Positions 40,070-50,869 of a stretch of 64,000 nt of DNA are shown here, one piece after another. Position 1 is the first letter of the stretch. Each line of letters starts with the position of its first letter. A model generated the notes under the pieces. The model was not told the DNA's origin. It worked only from the letters and a program-made list of their open reading frames with translations, and searched no databases. The position numbers and the translations under genes are program-made. The stretch is from Candidatus Brocadiia bacterium (GTDB lineage: Bacteria > Planctomycetota > Brocadiia > SM23-32), in contig JBKHIT010000004.1 of NCBI GenBank assembly GCA_046538485.1, forward strand, positions 32,001 through 96,000. The letters are read 5' to 3'.

Positions 40070-41089
40070 ATGCGCACCATCGTCCTTGGTAAGACCGAAC
40101 TTGAAGTATCTGCCGTCGGGTTCGGCGGAATCCCCATTCAACGTTTGCCAACCGATGAGGCAGTGCAGACTATACGCTCTGCGCTCGAACTTGGGGTTAC
40201 TTTCATCGACACGGCTGCCGCATACGGCGATAGCGAGGAGAAAATTGGACCCGCCATCGAAGACCGTTGCGATGGGGTCGTTATCGCGACGAAAAGCGGA
40301 CGCACCGATGGCGATGGCTTGCGCGAGGAACTCGAAAACTCGCTGGAAATGCTTCGCACCGATACAATCGATCTGTATCAGCTCCATTGCGTCTCCAGCG
40401 AAGAGAAATGGACAAAAATGCGCAAAGCTGGCGGTGCTTTGCCCGCGGCGCTCAAAGCTCGGGATGAAGGGCTGATAAAACATTTTGGGGTTACCTCTCA
40501 TAGCCTTGATTTAGCCCTCGCACTGGTCGATGTCCCGGAATTTGAAACGATCCAGTTTCCGTTCAACCTTGTCACCTCCGAACCGGCCGATGAACTGATT
40601 CCGGCTGCTCGGGACCAAAACCTCGGATTTATCGTTATGAAGCCGCTTTGCGGCGGACAGTACCGCAACGCCACTTTTGCTTTTAAGTTCCTCAACCAAT
40701 ATCCCGACCTCGTGCCGATTCCGGGCATAGAAAAAGTGGCGGAAATCCAGGAGATTGTCCGGATTGTCGACTCCGGAGAGACGCTTCAGGGACGGGAAAA
40801 AGAAGAGGCTATGGAGACCGCAAGCCGGCTCGGAAAACGGTTCTGTCGGCGCTGCGGTTATTGTATGCCGTGCCCACAGGGTGTGCCCATCCAGACGGCC
40901 ATGACTTTTGACAGTTTGATCGAGCGTTTACCACCCGAGCGCCTTCTATCCGGACCCGCAACGCGCCTTGCGCAGAAAGCGGTCGAATGCGTTGAGTGTG
41001 GTGAATGCCAAGAAAAATGCCCCTACAATCTCCCCATCATTGACACCGTGCAGAAAAACCTTGAAAAAGCGCGGAAGATATTGGAATAA
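40070..41089 (+). CDS. Aldo/keto reductase with C-terminal 4Fe-4S dicluster
   Basis: Motifs GFGGIP, IDTAAAYG, IATK, DLYQLH, MKPL; CRRCGYCMPCP and CVECGECQEKCP. Confidence 0.9.
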   Translation: MRTIVLGKTELEVSAVGFGGIPIQRLPTDEAVQTIRSALELGVTFIDTAAAYGDSEEKIGPAIEDRCDGVVIATKSGRTDGDGLREELENSLEMLRTDTIDLYQLHCVSSEEKWTKMRKAGGALPAALKARDEGLIKHFGVTSHSLDLALALVDVPEFETIQFPFNLVTSEPADELIPAARDQNLGFIVMKPLCGGQYRNATFAFKFLNQYPDLVPIPGIEKVAEIQEIVRIVDSGETLQGREKEEAMETASRLGKRFCRRCGYCMPCPQGVPIQTAMTFDSLIERLPPERLLSGPATRLAQKAVECVECGECQEKCPYNLPIIDTVQKNLEKARKILE

Positions 41090-41267
41090 GAAATGGTCTC
41101 ATCGAGAACGAGTGCTGCGGGTGAGCCATTTGCGTTGATCAGAAATATTGGCACAGTTGGGACTTAGCATAGCCAGAAAAATTTTTTACCCCAAAATCCG
41201 GCTCTGAGAGCCGTTGAGAAAATGGTTTAGCCTGAAAAAGCGGTTTTTCACCCCATTGGCCCCCCGC

Positions 41268-41310
41268 GAGCGGACTGGACTTCAGCCGGAGACTGGAGTT
41301 CAGAACGCGG
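41268..41310 (+). repeat. Hairpin repeat module 1, copy A
   Basis: GAGCGGACTGGACTTCAGCCGGAGACTGGAGTTCAGAACGCGG; related copies at 45341, 47776 and 57760. Confidence 0.85.
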
Positions 41311-41405
41311 ACCATAAACCGGCAGGTCTCGGAGCAAAACAGCAGAACAACCAACGGCAGGTCCGCTTCGGCGATGCGGACCGACAGCTACCTGGCATTT
41401 CACGG

Positions 41406-41468
41406 CATTTGTCCGCCTCAAGTCCCCCTTCGTCCGCCTGAGCGGACTCAGCTGAACTTGAGTCTGCA
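41406..41468 (+). repeat. Hairpin repeat module 2, copy A
   Basis: CATTTGTCCGCCTCAAGTCC...GTCCGCCTGAGCGGACTCAGCTGAACTTGAGTCTGCA; aligns with 47706-47769. Confidence 0.75.
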
Positions 41469-41682
41469 GGATACGCGGTCGAGAAGCGGAGTTGCAAGCT
41501 TACAGGATGATTGACACCAGATATGGGGTTTATGTTACAACAATCTGTAAAGACTTTTCCGAAGGAAAGTTGAGGAATTTGCGCCCGGCTCTGTTCGGGA
41601 GTCGGTGGCAATCTCAAGGTAGTCCAGCGTTGTCAAACAGGGAAATGGCCCACAGCGCAAAGTCCCCGCGGGTACAAAACAC

Positions 41683-41711
41683 TTGACTTTGGTAACCGGT
41701 TAATCTATAAA
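41683..41711 (+). promoter_or_regulatory. Sigma70-like promoter of tRNA-Gly
   Basis: TTGACT-17 bp-TATAAA ending 12 bp before the tRNA. Confidence 0.65.
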
Positions 41712-41723
41712 ATGCGCTGAAGA

Positions 41724-41798
41724 GCGGGCGTAATTCAGTGGAAGAATGTCAGCTTCCCAAGCTGAAAGTCGGGGGTTCGAATCCCCTCGCCCGCTCCA
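41724..41798 (+). tRNA. tRNA-Gly(CCC)
   Basis: Acceptor GCGGGCG/CGCCCGC, anticodon arm TCAGC-TTCCCAA-GCTGA, T-arm GGGG-TTCGAAT-CCCC, encoded 3' CCA. Confidence 0.97.
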
Positions 41799-42082
41799 GT
41801 TTTAAGTACCCTCTGAACCACAATCAGTCCTTCCCCCCGGCGTCTTCGCGATGTGACCGATACGAATCGCTTTGTTTTTCGCGCGTGTCATCAAAAGAAA
41901 AGAATGTGAAAAATTGAAATGCTTTCAAAAAGAATCCCTTCCAAACAACTCACTGCCCTGTCATTTTGCTATTACCGGTGGAAATGAGTACTGTAAGCTT
42001 GCACCTGGAGCTGGACGAACCGCGTCGTTCCGCTCAACAACAGTGGCAAAGAGTTCCGTTTCCCCCAAGAAAGGAGCCCGTT

Positions 42083-42619
42083 ATGAAAAGGGTTTTGGAA
42101 GCCTTATTTGTGTGTGCTTTAATATTTCTTACAGGATGTTCGACGTTTGCTCAAGCGCCGCAGACAGCGGACGGGAGCAAGATTCAGATCAAGGTGGCCT
42201 GCAACCGGGGCAATCCCGACGAAATGAATGACGCCCAGTACAAACGTCGCATCCAGGTCGGCCGTTGGATGGAACGCGATCTTGTGAGGCTCCTTAACGA
42301 CGTCGGGTATGAAGCGAGTTTGATTGAGTCAGAAAACGATTATGAATCGGCAGCAAGGCGCTATCTCTTGAAAGTCAGCATTGAGAGTTACAATCCCGGC
42401 AGTACCGCCGGGCGCGCTTTTGTTGGTTACGGCGTGGGGGCGGCATCATTGAACAATCACTACGACTTTTATAAGGATCCTCCGGATGCCTTGCTGACCT
42501 GGGACGATGGCCGCGGCTCATCCCGTGGCTGGATGCACACTTGTCGAAAACTCAACATAGAGGCTATCACAAAAATTACTGATTACCTTAAAACCCAAAT
42601 GGCAAACGCTTCGCCATAG
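42083..42619 (+). CDS. Lipoprotein, DUF4410-like
   Basis: AAGGAG Shine-Dalgarno, lipobox FLTGC, motif LKVSIESYNPGSTAGRAFVGYGVGAA. Confidence 0.7.
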   Translation: MKRVLEALFVCALIFLTGCSTFAQAPQTADGSKIQIKVACNRGNPDEMNDAQYKRRIQVGRWMERDLVRLLNDVGYEASLIESENDYESAARRYLLKVSIESYNPGSTAGRAFVGYGVGAASLNNHYDFYKDPPDALLTWDDGRGSSRGWMHTCRKLNIEAITKITDYLKTQMANASP

Positions 42620-42845
42620 TGGTTTATAGAATGGCCGGTGCGAGTTTTCCCCCCTTTTATTTAAAAACTTATTACCACCAGAGATGGCATCACGCTTTCG
42701 GATGTCGAAGACAAACATCACCGAGATGGTTTTTGCGGCTGGCAACGGCGTCGTTTTGCATCGGACGCACGTACATTCCTGATCCCTGCCTCACAACGAG
42801 CATGCTAATAGCGCGCCGGGCGGTGTCCGTGCTCATCTCAAAACG

Positions 42846-42885
42846 CTCGCAATGACAGCTTATGCTATTAGAACGTCATTGCGAG
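42846..42885. repeat. GTCATTGCGAG-family inverted repeat
   Basis: CTCGCAATGAC-18 nt-GTCATTGCGAG, perfect 11-bp inverted pair. Confidence 0.7.
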
Positions 42886-43075
42886 GAGGTGTGCGCCAAG
42901 GAAACCCGCGCCCAAAGCCAGCAACCAGCGCTCGTTTTGCCTGAAAAAACAAGCGGCCGACGATTCGGTCGAAGGAGTTTGGTTCGACACGCAGTAAATC
43001 GCTCCGAGGAGAGTGATTGGACCAGATTTTAGAATACGACGTTACGGGCATGTTAAACAAGGTTTCTCAGCTGCC

Positions 43076-43200
43076 TCAGGCCGCCCCATCCTTTGGTGTA
43101 CCCTCATGTTCTTCGCGTTTTCGCCAGCAGACGATACCGCCCAGTCCCGCGGCGAGCAGAGCGAGAGTTGTGCTGGCCGGCTCCGGACAGGTTGTATGCC
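43076..43200 (-). pseudogene. Orphan PEP-CTERM sorting-signal remnant
   Basis: Minus strand reads PEPASTTLALLAAGLGGIVCWRKR with no intact upstream protein body. Confidence 0.6.
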
Positions 43201-43363
43201 CCCTCCGCAGTCTCAGACGGTAAGGCGCCCCGTCGGCTTCACGCCATGACTTTCTTATCGAAATTGACAAACAGCATTATTGACAAACAGCCTTCGCCAG
43301 ATTACACTCGGCTGCTCGGCGGCAAACGGCTGCTTGGTAGGCCCCTACCGAAGGAAGCGGACG

Positions 43364-43996
43364 ATGCAACGACAAGAGGTAAATAACGCAAGAAGATTTG
43401 AGATGCTAAATGTTACCTCTCTCGTGATTGGCTTTGTTGGTCTTCTTTTGTTGTCATCTGTTTGTGCTGGCACGCCGAACAAAAGCGAACGTCCCTGGTC
43501 TATATTCGCTTACGGAGGCAAATGGAGTGATAACCGCGTCGGTGAGATCACGCGCCTGCAAACAGAAAACAGAAGTTCGTATATTTGGGCAACAGGTATT
43601 TCTCGCGAGATTCACAGGTTTAATGATAACCTGCTTATGGAGACAGAATTCGTCCTGGCCCGGCACTCCGGCCTCCAGGAAAACTGGGAATGCAATGCCG
43701 CGGTAAATCTCCGCTGGGAGACTTTCCCCTGGGACGATTACGTAAATTCTACATTTTCCTACGGGCTCGGGTTTTCATACGCATTCGGTGACCCAGTGAT
43801 AGAAGAGGAAGACGACCAACATACCCACAGGTTGCTTTTTTCCATGCCCATCGAACTCACCCTGGCACCGCCAGCAAAGTATGATCCATCGTGGGACTTT
43901 TTTATACGGATTCACCACCGTTCGGGAGGCTACGGAATAATAGCCGACAATCAGGGCTCCAATTTCCTTACCTCCGGGCTGCGGTACCACTTTTAA
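43364..43996 (+). CDS. Small outer-membrane beta-barrel (PagL-like)
   Basis: Signal peptide, amphipathic strands, RIHHRSG...GSNFL, C-terminal aromatic YHF. Start uncertain (43364 or 43402). Confidence 0.65.
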   Translation: MQRQEVNNARRFEMLNVTSLVIGFVGLLLLSSVCAGTPNKSERPWSIFAYGGKWSDNRVGEITRLQTENRSSYIWATGISREIHRFNDNLLMETEFVLARHSGLQENWECNAAVNLRWETFPWDDYVNSTFSYGLGFSYAFGDPVIEEEDDQHTHRLLFSMPIELTLAPPAKYDPSWDFFIRIHHRSGGYGIIADNQGSNFLTSGLRYHF

Positions 43997-44111
43997 ACAC
44001 ATTTTCGGAGCCGACCGCCGGGCAGCTGCAATGCGGAATCTCTTAGCGTGAATTATCCGAGAAAGTTTTACATGCGGTCCATAAATACGGAAAACAAAAA
44101 CAATCCCAACC

Positions 44112-45200
44112 TGTTATAACGGCAAGTGGCACCTCGGCAACGAAGTCTTCCGTCAGCACGGTTTTGATGAATGGATCAGCATTGAAGACATGTATCGTTC
44201 CTACTACAGCCAGCAACGCGATCCCAATACTCACAGCTCGTATCACAACTGGCTCGTGAAAAAGGGCATGGAGCCAACCGAGACACACCCCGACGGGTTT
44301 CCACGGTTCAGCCGCGCGACTTCGGCGCGTCTGCCCGAAGAACTCTCGAAAACCGCGTTCCAGGCCGAGGAAGCGTCACAATTCATACGTAAAAATGCGG
44401 GAAGCCCGTGGATTCTGCACGTCAATTTCCTTCCCCCCCACGCCCCATTCTTTGGACCACGCGACGACGAGCACCCGCGGGAGGAGGTCCATCTGCCCGA
44501 AAATCTTGAGGCGCCGGTACTTGAAACAAATTGGGAAAGCGCGCGTGGATATTTCCGCGATCTTTTCGGAGACATTCCCGTGCTCTATTTCAACGGCACG
44601 AGCGGCGATATCAGCCTTGAGAATCAACTGACCAAACACTACCATCCGGAGACCAACGAGCAAAAAATGGCCCGGGCCGCGCATCTCGTCACCGGGGAGA
44701 CACTGCGGCTTTTGCATGAGACGCCATTTTCTGAAGAGCTCCGGATAAACTGTGCACACAAGGAGCTGGCCGTGCCGATACGTTTGCCATCTGAAGATCG
44801 CATGGCGTGGGCACGTGAGAGGCTCGACAACGCACGAGCCAACGGGGAACTCAATCTGGAAGTCGCCACTGCTTATCAGATGAAGGTACTCCACGACAGA
44901 TTTGCCGCCGACCCGGTCGAGGCGGTGGATATCCACGTCGGGAGTATCGGCGACCTCGCTTTTGTTACGGCGCCGTGCGAGCTGTTCACCAGGTTTGGCA
45001 AACATATCAAAGCCAGGAGCCCGTTCGAGCACACCGCGATCTTCGGACATGTGAATGGTCTGATGGGCTACTGTCCCACCACGGCCGGCATTATCGGCGG
45101 TCATTGGGGCGGCGATCCCATGTACGGTTGCCGTTGGGAGGAAACAACCGGCTATCGACTCGTGGACGAAGCGAGCGCACTGTTGTATTCGCTGAGATGA
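44112..45200 (+). pseudogene. Chimeric remnant: internal sulfatase fragment fused in frame to the C-terminal half of a neutral-ceramidase-like protein
   Basis: In-frame upstream extension CYNGKWHLG and later NFLPPHAP (sulfatase), then VLYFNGTSGD...PCELF...MGYCPT (ceramidase-like). In-frame TAA at 44082; no CxPxR motif. Confidence 0.65.
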
Positions 45201-45340
45201 CGGAGCTATCCCGTGCGCTTGTGGCAAATGCTGGCTTGCATCTTACGAATGCAAGCTATAGAAAACGGCATCCGGGTCTGCCACCCGATCCACAGGCGGC
45301 CCCTGGCGGGCGTTTGTCATTTTTCCGTTTCTGTTTTAGG

Positions 45341-45381
45341 CCGCATTCTGAACTCCAGTCTCCGGCTGAAGTCCAGCCTGC
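45341..45381 (-). repeat. Hairpin repeat module 1, copy B (inverted)
   Basis: Reverse complement reads GCAGGCTGGACTTCAGCCGGAGACTGGAGTTCAGAATGCGG. Confidence 0.85.
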
Positions 45382-45523
45382 TGCAAACGACCGAGCCACT
45401 GAAGGGGCTTACTACGAACCTGACGATGATTTCGTGGCTTGTGATAAGTCTCCAAGCGTGCAATTTCGCAGGAACATGTTTTTAGTGGACCGCTTCAGCG
45501 CTGTTTAGCCTGAGGATCCCTCG

Positions 45524-45632
45524 ACATAGGTCATTGCGAGTCCATCGTAAGATGGGCGAAGCAATCTTGTCGTTGACTTCACCCAACAGCGAGATTGCCG
45601 CGATGTCGGAGGTAGCTCGCAATGGCCTGTGT
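45524..45632. repeat. GTCATTGCGAG...CGAAGCAATC...GAGATTGC...CTCGCAATGGC REP-like element
   Basis: Long outer stem with internal hairpins CCATC-GTAA-GATGG and GCAATCTTG/CGAGATTGC. Confidence 0.75.
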
Positions 45633-45756
45633 GCTCCAAAATGTCTAACGCAACTTACGCTAAGCGTATAAGTCGCTTCAGCGGTCAGTTGTGCTGCGAT
45701 ATGGATAAAGGAAACGACTCCTGGTTCGGAAGTACTTTCAAAAGGGAGGCAATGCG

Positions 45757-47588
45757 ATGAGATCATGGGCTGAATGGCTCGATCGGACGGCGCAGGATAC
45801 CTCACTCGAATCCCACCGCCGGCAATTTGTTAAATCGGCCGAAAAAATCCTGCAAACGCCACTAATACGCCGCGTCTACACGTACGACGAAGTCGGAGAA
45901 AACCGCACAAGACTCGACGGACGTGCCGAATATCTGGAAGATGAAATTCGCGAGACTTTTGCCCTGGCGATGTCCGATTGTTCCACCAACGGGACCGCCG
46001 CAAAAGAGCTGCCATTGCTGGCCGCGGCGTATCGGCTGACGGGGCGAGAGGATTTTCGGCAACGTCTCGTGGAACAGCTCCGAGAAATGACCACGTGGTT
46101 GCCTTTGCAACGCCCCGGGTGGACGCTTTTTAAACCGGGTGCGCGCCTGCCAGAAGATGGTATGGACGGAAGCTGGCTGGCCACGGGCTCGGGCGTGCGG
46201 GCCATCGGCGATGCACTCGAAATCATGCCGGACGAATCGATTCCTCAGGAGTTGCTCAATGGTTTACATGAACTGCTGGAACGCGAAATAGAACAGATCG
46301 TGGGCGATTGGCGGGAGAAACGGCAGTGGTTTGTTCGCACAGAAAATCCCCGGACAAACCAGTGGGCTCTGCCGACCGAAGGCTTGGTCCGCGCATGTTT
46401 GATCAAAGGCCCACAACAGTGCGAAGAACAATATCAACTCGGTGTTAAAATCTGATGGCTTCCCTGCATTCCCACGGAGAACACGGGGAATTCGATGAAG
46501 GCGTGGGATACGCCGGCATGACCGTCTGGTCCCTGGCGAATGCCGCCCGCGCAATGGCTTTGACCGGCGATCGGCGAGCGATTGAACATCCGTTCCTGCA
46601 ACGATTCCCCCGGTGGTATATCCATCATCTCCAACCGGGCGGTATGCTGGTCAACGCATTCGACGCCGGTGGGGCAAGTCGGGGGCGACAGAATGTCTTG
46701 TTGCCAATTCTTGCCCTGCTGGCGATATGCACGCGGGCCGACGAGGCGCTCTGGACCGTGCAACACTATTTCGAGGAACCTCCTGAAGGGCTGGTTGGTC
46801 TGGCTGTTAGCACACTTGATGGGGTATCTGAGGAGAATGCCCCTGCCCTTTATGCTCACTATCCCCGCGCAACGAGAATCAACTGGCGAAGTTCTTGGGC
46901 CGACGATGCGGACGGAGTATGGGTGCGTGGAGGGCATACCAAAGACCAACACCATCACCACGATATGGGACACGTCAATTATATCGCAGGCGGTCGGCCG
47001 ATACTCATCGAAGCTGGCACGCCAAACTATTCGAATCCGAAGATGGCCAGTCATTATGCCTCGGGGGCCGGGCACAATGTGCTTCAGCTGGGTGCTGACG
47101 AACCCGAAACCGCCGAACATAATAGTCTCTGGCAAACACCCCCCGGCTGGCAATCCCGCGACTCCGAAGCCCCGATCCACGTCACGGAGCTGAATCCTGA
47201 GGGAGCCTCTGTCGCGGTGACCGTTGAAAGCGGCTATGACGGGCTGAAACTGTGGGAGCGCCACGTGATATGGGACAACACGAGATTGATTGTGAAGGAC
47301 AACGTCCACTTGCTTGAAAACCGACAAAACATCGTTCTGTTCCGCTGGCACCTGGGCACCGAAACCGATGTTGACATCAAGCATCATTCAGACACACAGG
47401 ATGAGCTGGCATGGCCGGACGCTATCATGGTCCTGGAGGGTTCAGAGCCCCTGGAAGTGGGACAAAAGAAGATGCCGGATCACACGCTTGAATCAGAGGA
47501 TGACCGGCATCTGCATACCTGCATCAGGATCCTTTCAGCTGACCCGACGAATTCACTCAAAGTCAAAACCAAAATCACACTTAGTTGA
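45757..47588 (+). pseudogene. Heparinase II/III-like lyase split into two ORFs (45757-46455 and 46455-47588), probable 1-nt frameshift
   Basis: ORF2 has EGVGY, HHHHDMGH, EAGTPNY, GHNVL. Adding one A to the A4 run at 46447-46450 gives continuous GVKNLMASL. Confidence 0.7.
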
Positions 47589-47705
47589 CGTCACCAAACA
47601 GCGAGAGCTTGCCGATGGACTTCCGGGCTCCCGGAGACGGATGGGAAGCGTAAAATCCGAGAGACGCTCTTGGTGCCAACAGGTTTTTTGGCACACCCCA
47701 TGCAT

Positions 47706-47829
47706 CATTGGCCCGCCCCAAGTCCAGTTTCGCCCGCTGGTGGCGGGCTCAGCTGAACTCGAGTCTACATTTCCGGTGAGCGGACTGGACTTTAGAACCG
47801 CTTTCGCGGGGCTGGAGTTCAGAACGCGG
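47706..47829 (+). repeat. Composite hairpin repeat (module 2 + module 1), longest copy
   Basis: CATTGGCCCGCCCCAAGTCC...CTCAGCTGAACTCGAGTCTACA followed by GTGAGCGGACTGGACTTTAG-aaCCGCTTTCGCGGgg-CTGGAGTTCAGAACGCGG. Confidence 0.8.
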
Positions 47830-48044
47830 GCCGAGCGCAAGCACGTAATGCAGCAGCCCAGAATCACGGGCTTAAATCGCACGAGAACGGGGCTCGGACC
47901 GTCGTTTCCCCCGGCGAGCCCGCCTGATTGACGCTGATATTCTCAGGCCCAAATGCCGAGAATTAATGCCTCCCTTGCAGGTCTGTTGGCTCGACGATAC
48001 CATACGCATCCTTTTCCCATCGATTTTGCGTTGGAGGACCGGGC

Positions 48045-50179
48045 ATGAAGCCCACGCACCTTCGCATTGATGATCACCCTCTGCCGATTGGGATTGATAA
48101 TCCGCAGCCTACCTTTTCATGGCACATTCAATCGCAAGACCGCGATATCACCCAATCGGCCTGCCGGGTTCTGGTCGCCATCGACCCCGATTTGTTGGAG
48201 TTGGAGAAGCCGGACGTATGGGATAGCGACAAATTGAACACGCCCCGTTCGACGTACGTGCGATACGAGGGCCCGCGGCTGCTCGGCCAGAAGATTTTCT
48301 GGTGGAAGGTCCGCATTTGGGACACAGACGGAACAGAGAGCGAGTGGAGCCAGCCAGCGTATTTCGGCACCGGCCCGCAGGAGGATCAATGGCGGGCCGA
48401 CTGGATTGGCGCCGGCCCGGCGACAGAACCCAGATTACTCGGCGACTTTGAGTTTACACAAGAAGGCGATCTCGCGGATAGTGTCGAGGTCAACCTGCGA
48501 AGTCCGCTTTTGCGTCGCGAATTCCCTGCGCACAAGAATGTGCAACGAGCACGCATTTTTGTCTGCGGTCTGGGGTACTATGAACTGCGTCTGAACGGAA
48601 AGAAAGTCGGGGATTCTGTCCTGACCCCTTCCCGCACGCATTACCGGAAAGTTGCCCTATACGACGCTTACGATGTGACCGGCCTGTTGAACGAGGGACA
48701 CAATGCTCTCGGCCTTATGCTCGGCAACGGCTGGTTCAATCCGGCCCGAAAATACTGGGGCTGGCAAATGCAGTGGTACGGGAATCCGCGGGCAATCCTT
48801 CAGGCTTACCTTCGCTACGAAGACGGTTCCGAGGAAACTATTTGCTCGGACCAAAGCTGGAAAACACATCCCGGTCCCATTCTTCGCACCTGTCTCTACG
48901 ATGGTGAACATTACGACGCACGGCTGGAACAGAACGGATGGGATGGATGGGGGACGCACATGTGGCATGTTCCCAGGCCCTGTGCAATTTCAGCGCCATA
49001 CGCTTTTATCGGAAATGGATGCGGGACGTGCGCGAACAGCAGTTGCCCAGCGGAGACATCCCTTACATCTGTCCCCGTCCCACCAGTGACGGCACACCGT
49101 GTTGGTCCAGCGCCGGTGTACTCGTGCCGTGGTATTGCTACGAGGCGTCGGGAGATATTCGATTCCTAAACGAAAATTACGAAATGATGAAAGGGTATCT
49201 GGATTTTCTCTGCGAAACGGCGGACGATTTAATCCTGCCGCGCGACAGATACGGCGATCATTCCACGCCCCATCGTGGCGGATCCTATACCCGCGGCGAC
49301 CCGGAGATGTCGAGCTCCTGGTATCTGCTCTACAACGCCATGCTACTGGCCAGTTCGGCAAATCTACTCGGCTACGAGGAAGATGCAAAACAGTACGAGA
49401 AGCTGGCGGATGATGCACGGGCAGCGATTCACCAGCGTTTTTACAATCCGGGCAAAGAAACCTACGACGATGGTTCACAATGTGCGATGATCATGGCGCT
49501 TTACCTTGATGTCCCGCCTGATAGTGAGATTTATAAGAAGGTCGAAGCCAATTTGCTGAAAAGCATTAATGTGGTATGCCAGGGACGCCTCGGCGTGGGG
49601 ATTCTGGGGACCCGCTATGCAATGGAACTGCTGACGAGGCTCGGCCATCTGAATACAGCCTGGCATCTGGCAACATCAACCGATTACCCTTCCTGGGGTT
49701 ACATGACCAAAGGCCGAACGACGTTGAGCGAACAGTGGAACCAGTATTTCGGATCCAACAATCATGTGATGTTCGGGAGCGTCGATACCTGGTTCTACGA
49801 GACGCTCGCTGGAATCAATGTGGATTTGAGCCAAAACGAAGAAAAGCTCTGGCTGGCACCGTGGTTCGAAGCTGACCTTGAACATTGTCGCGCCGCTCGC
49901 GAAATCCCTCAGGGACGAATTTTGTCGGAGTGGCGCCGAGAGGATGGAGAAATGGAATGGCGGGTCGAACTGCCCCATAATACGCGGGCGACCTTGCGCA
50001 TACCGAACGGTCCTCGTCTCGCAGAAGCGGACAATGTAATCTGGGACGGCGCGCCGCAAAATCCGGCCTCTGGAATCGGAGATATACGCCTCGTGGATGA
50101 TTCTCTTGAAATTAAAATCGGCTCGGGGAACTACCGTTTCACCTGGCCGCAAACAAAAAAGCAATCCGGTGTTGAATAG
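48045..50179 (+). pseudogene. GH78 alpha-L-rhamnosidase with internal deletion and frameshift
   Basis: ORF1 carries the N-terminal domains (PIGIDNPQPTFSW, PLLRREF, GLGYYEL, GEHYDAR). ORF2 starts at the ERMGWMGD motif and carries the catalytic barrel (YPSWGYM, TTLSEQW, SNNHVMFG). The intervening domain and PTDCPQRD are missing. Confidence 0.82.
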
Positions 50180-50192
50180 GAGACAAATCAGA

Positions 50193-50759
50193 ATGAAAGC
50201 AGTATTGATCGGAGACTCAATCCGGATGGGCTACCAGCCATTGGTTCAAGAAAAATGTGAAGTGGCCGATGTCTGGGGACCGGCCGAGAATTGTCGTCAC
50301 AGTCTGTGGGCTCTTGATCATTTTCAGGAATGGGTGGCCGATCGGGATCCGGATCTTGTTCATGTTAATTTCGGCATTCATGATGCTGTGATTCAACCTG
50401 ACGGGGAACACCAGATTCTTCTTCCGCAGTATCGTCTTTGTCTGAAGCGATTTATCACAAAGGTCGAGGTACTGGGCAAGACCCGCATGATATGGGCTAC
50501 TACCAGTCCGCTTTACACCCCCGATCAGGAAAAACCTATGAATGAGTGGCAGATTCGGGAACGAGCTGAGGTTGACAAATACAACGCCGCGGCTCTGGAA
50601 ATCGTTGAGGAAGCCGGAGTGGCTGTCAACGACCTCCATGAAGTCATCATACGTAACGACTTTGCAAAATGTCTCCGAGAAGACGGATGCCACATGACGG
50701 AATTCGGGAACGAAGTTTTGTCGGACGCCGTCGCGCAAGCAATCGCCGAAGCAATGTAG
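50193..50759 (+). CDS. SGNH/GDSL hydrolase (carbohydrate esterase-like)
   Basis: Motifs IGDSI, NFGIHD, DGCH. Confidence 0.88.
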   Translation: MKAVLIGDSIRMGYQPLVQEKCEVADVWGPAENCRHSLWALDHFQEWVADRDPDLVHVNFGIHDAVIQPDGEHQILLPQYRLCLKRFITKVEVLGKTRMIWATTSPLYTPDQEKPMNEWQIRERAEVDKYNAAALEIVEEAGVAVNDLHEVIIRNDFAKCLREDGCHMTEFGNEVLSDAVAQAIAEAM

Positions 50760-50869
50760 ATTTTGTGAAAGCCATCTTACGTGCCTGGCCGTAATTTTTG
50801 TGGCAAAGCCATAACTCAGATTGCTTTCACAGGACTCCATATCTTTGCACTTTTTGAGGCTTATTGACT

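Noticed and set aside
46453..46455. TGA read-through (selenocysteine) in the heparinase-like gene
   Set aside because: The homologous continuation is in a different frame, so read-through would not restore the protein.
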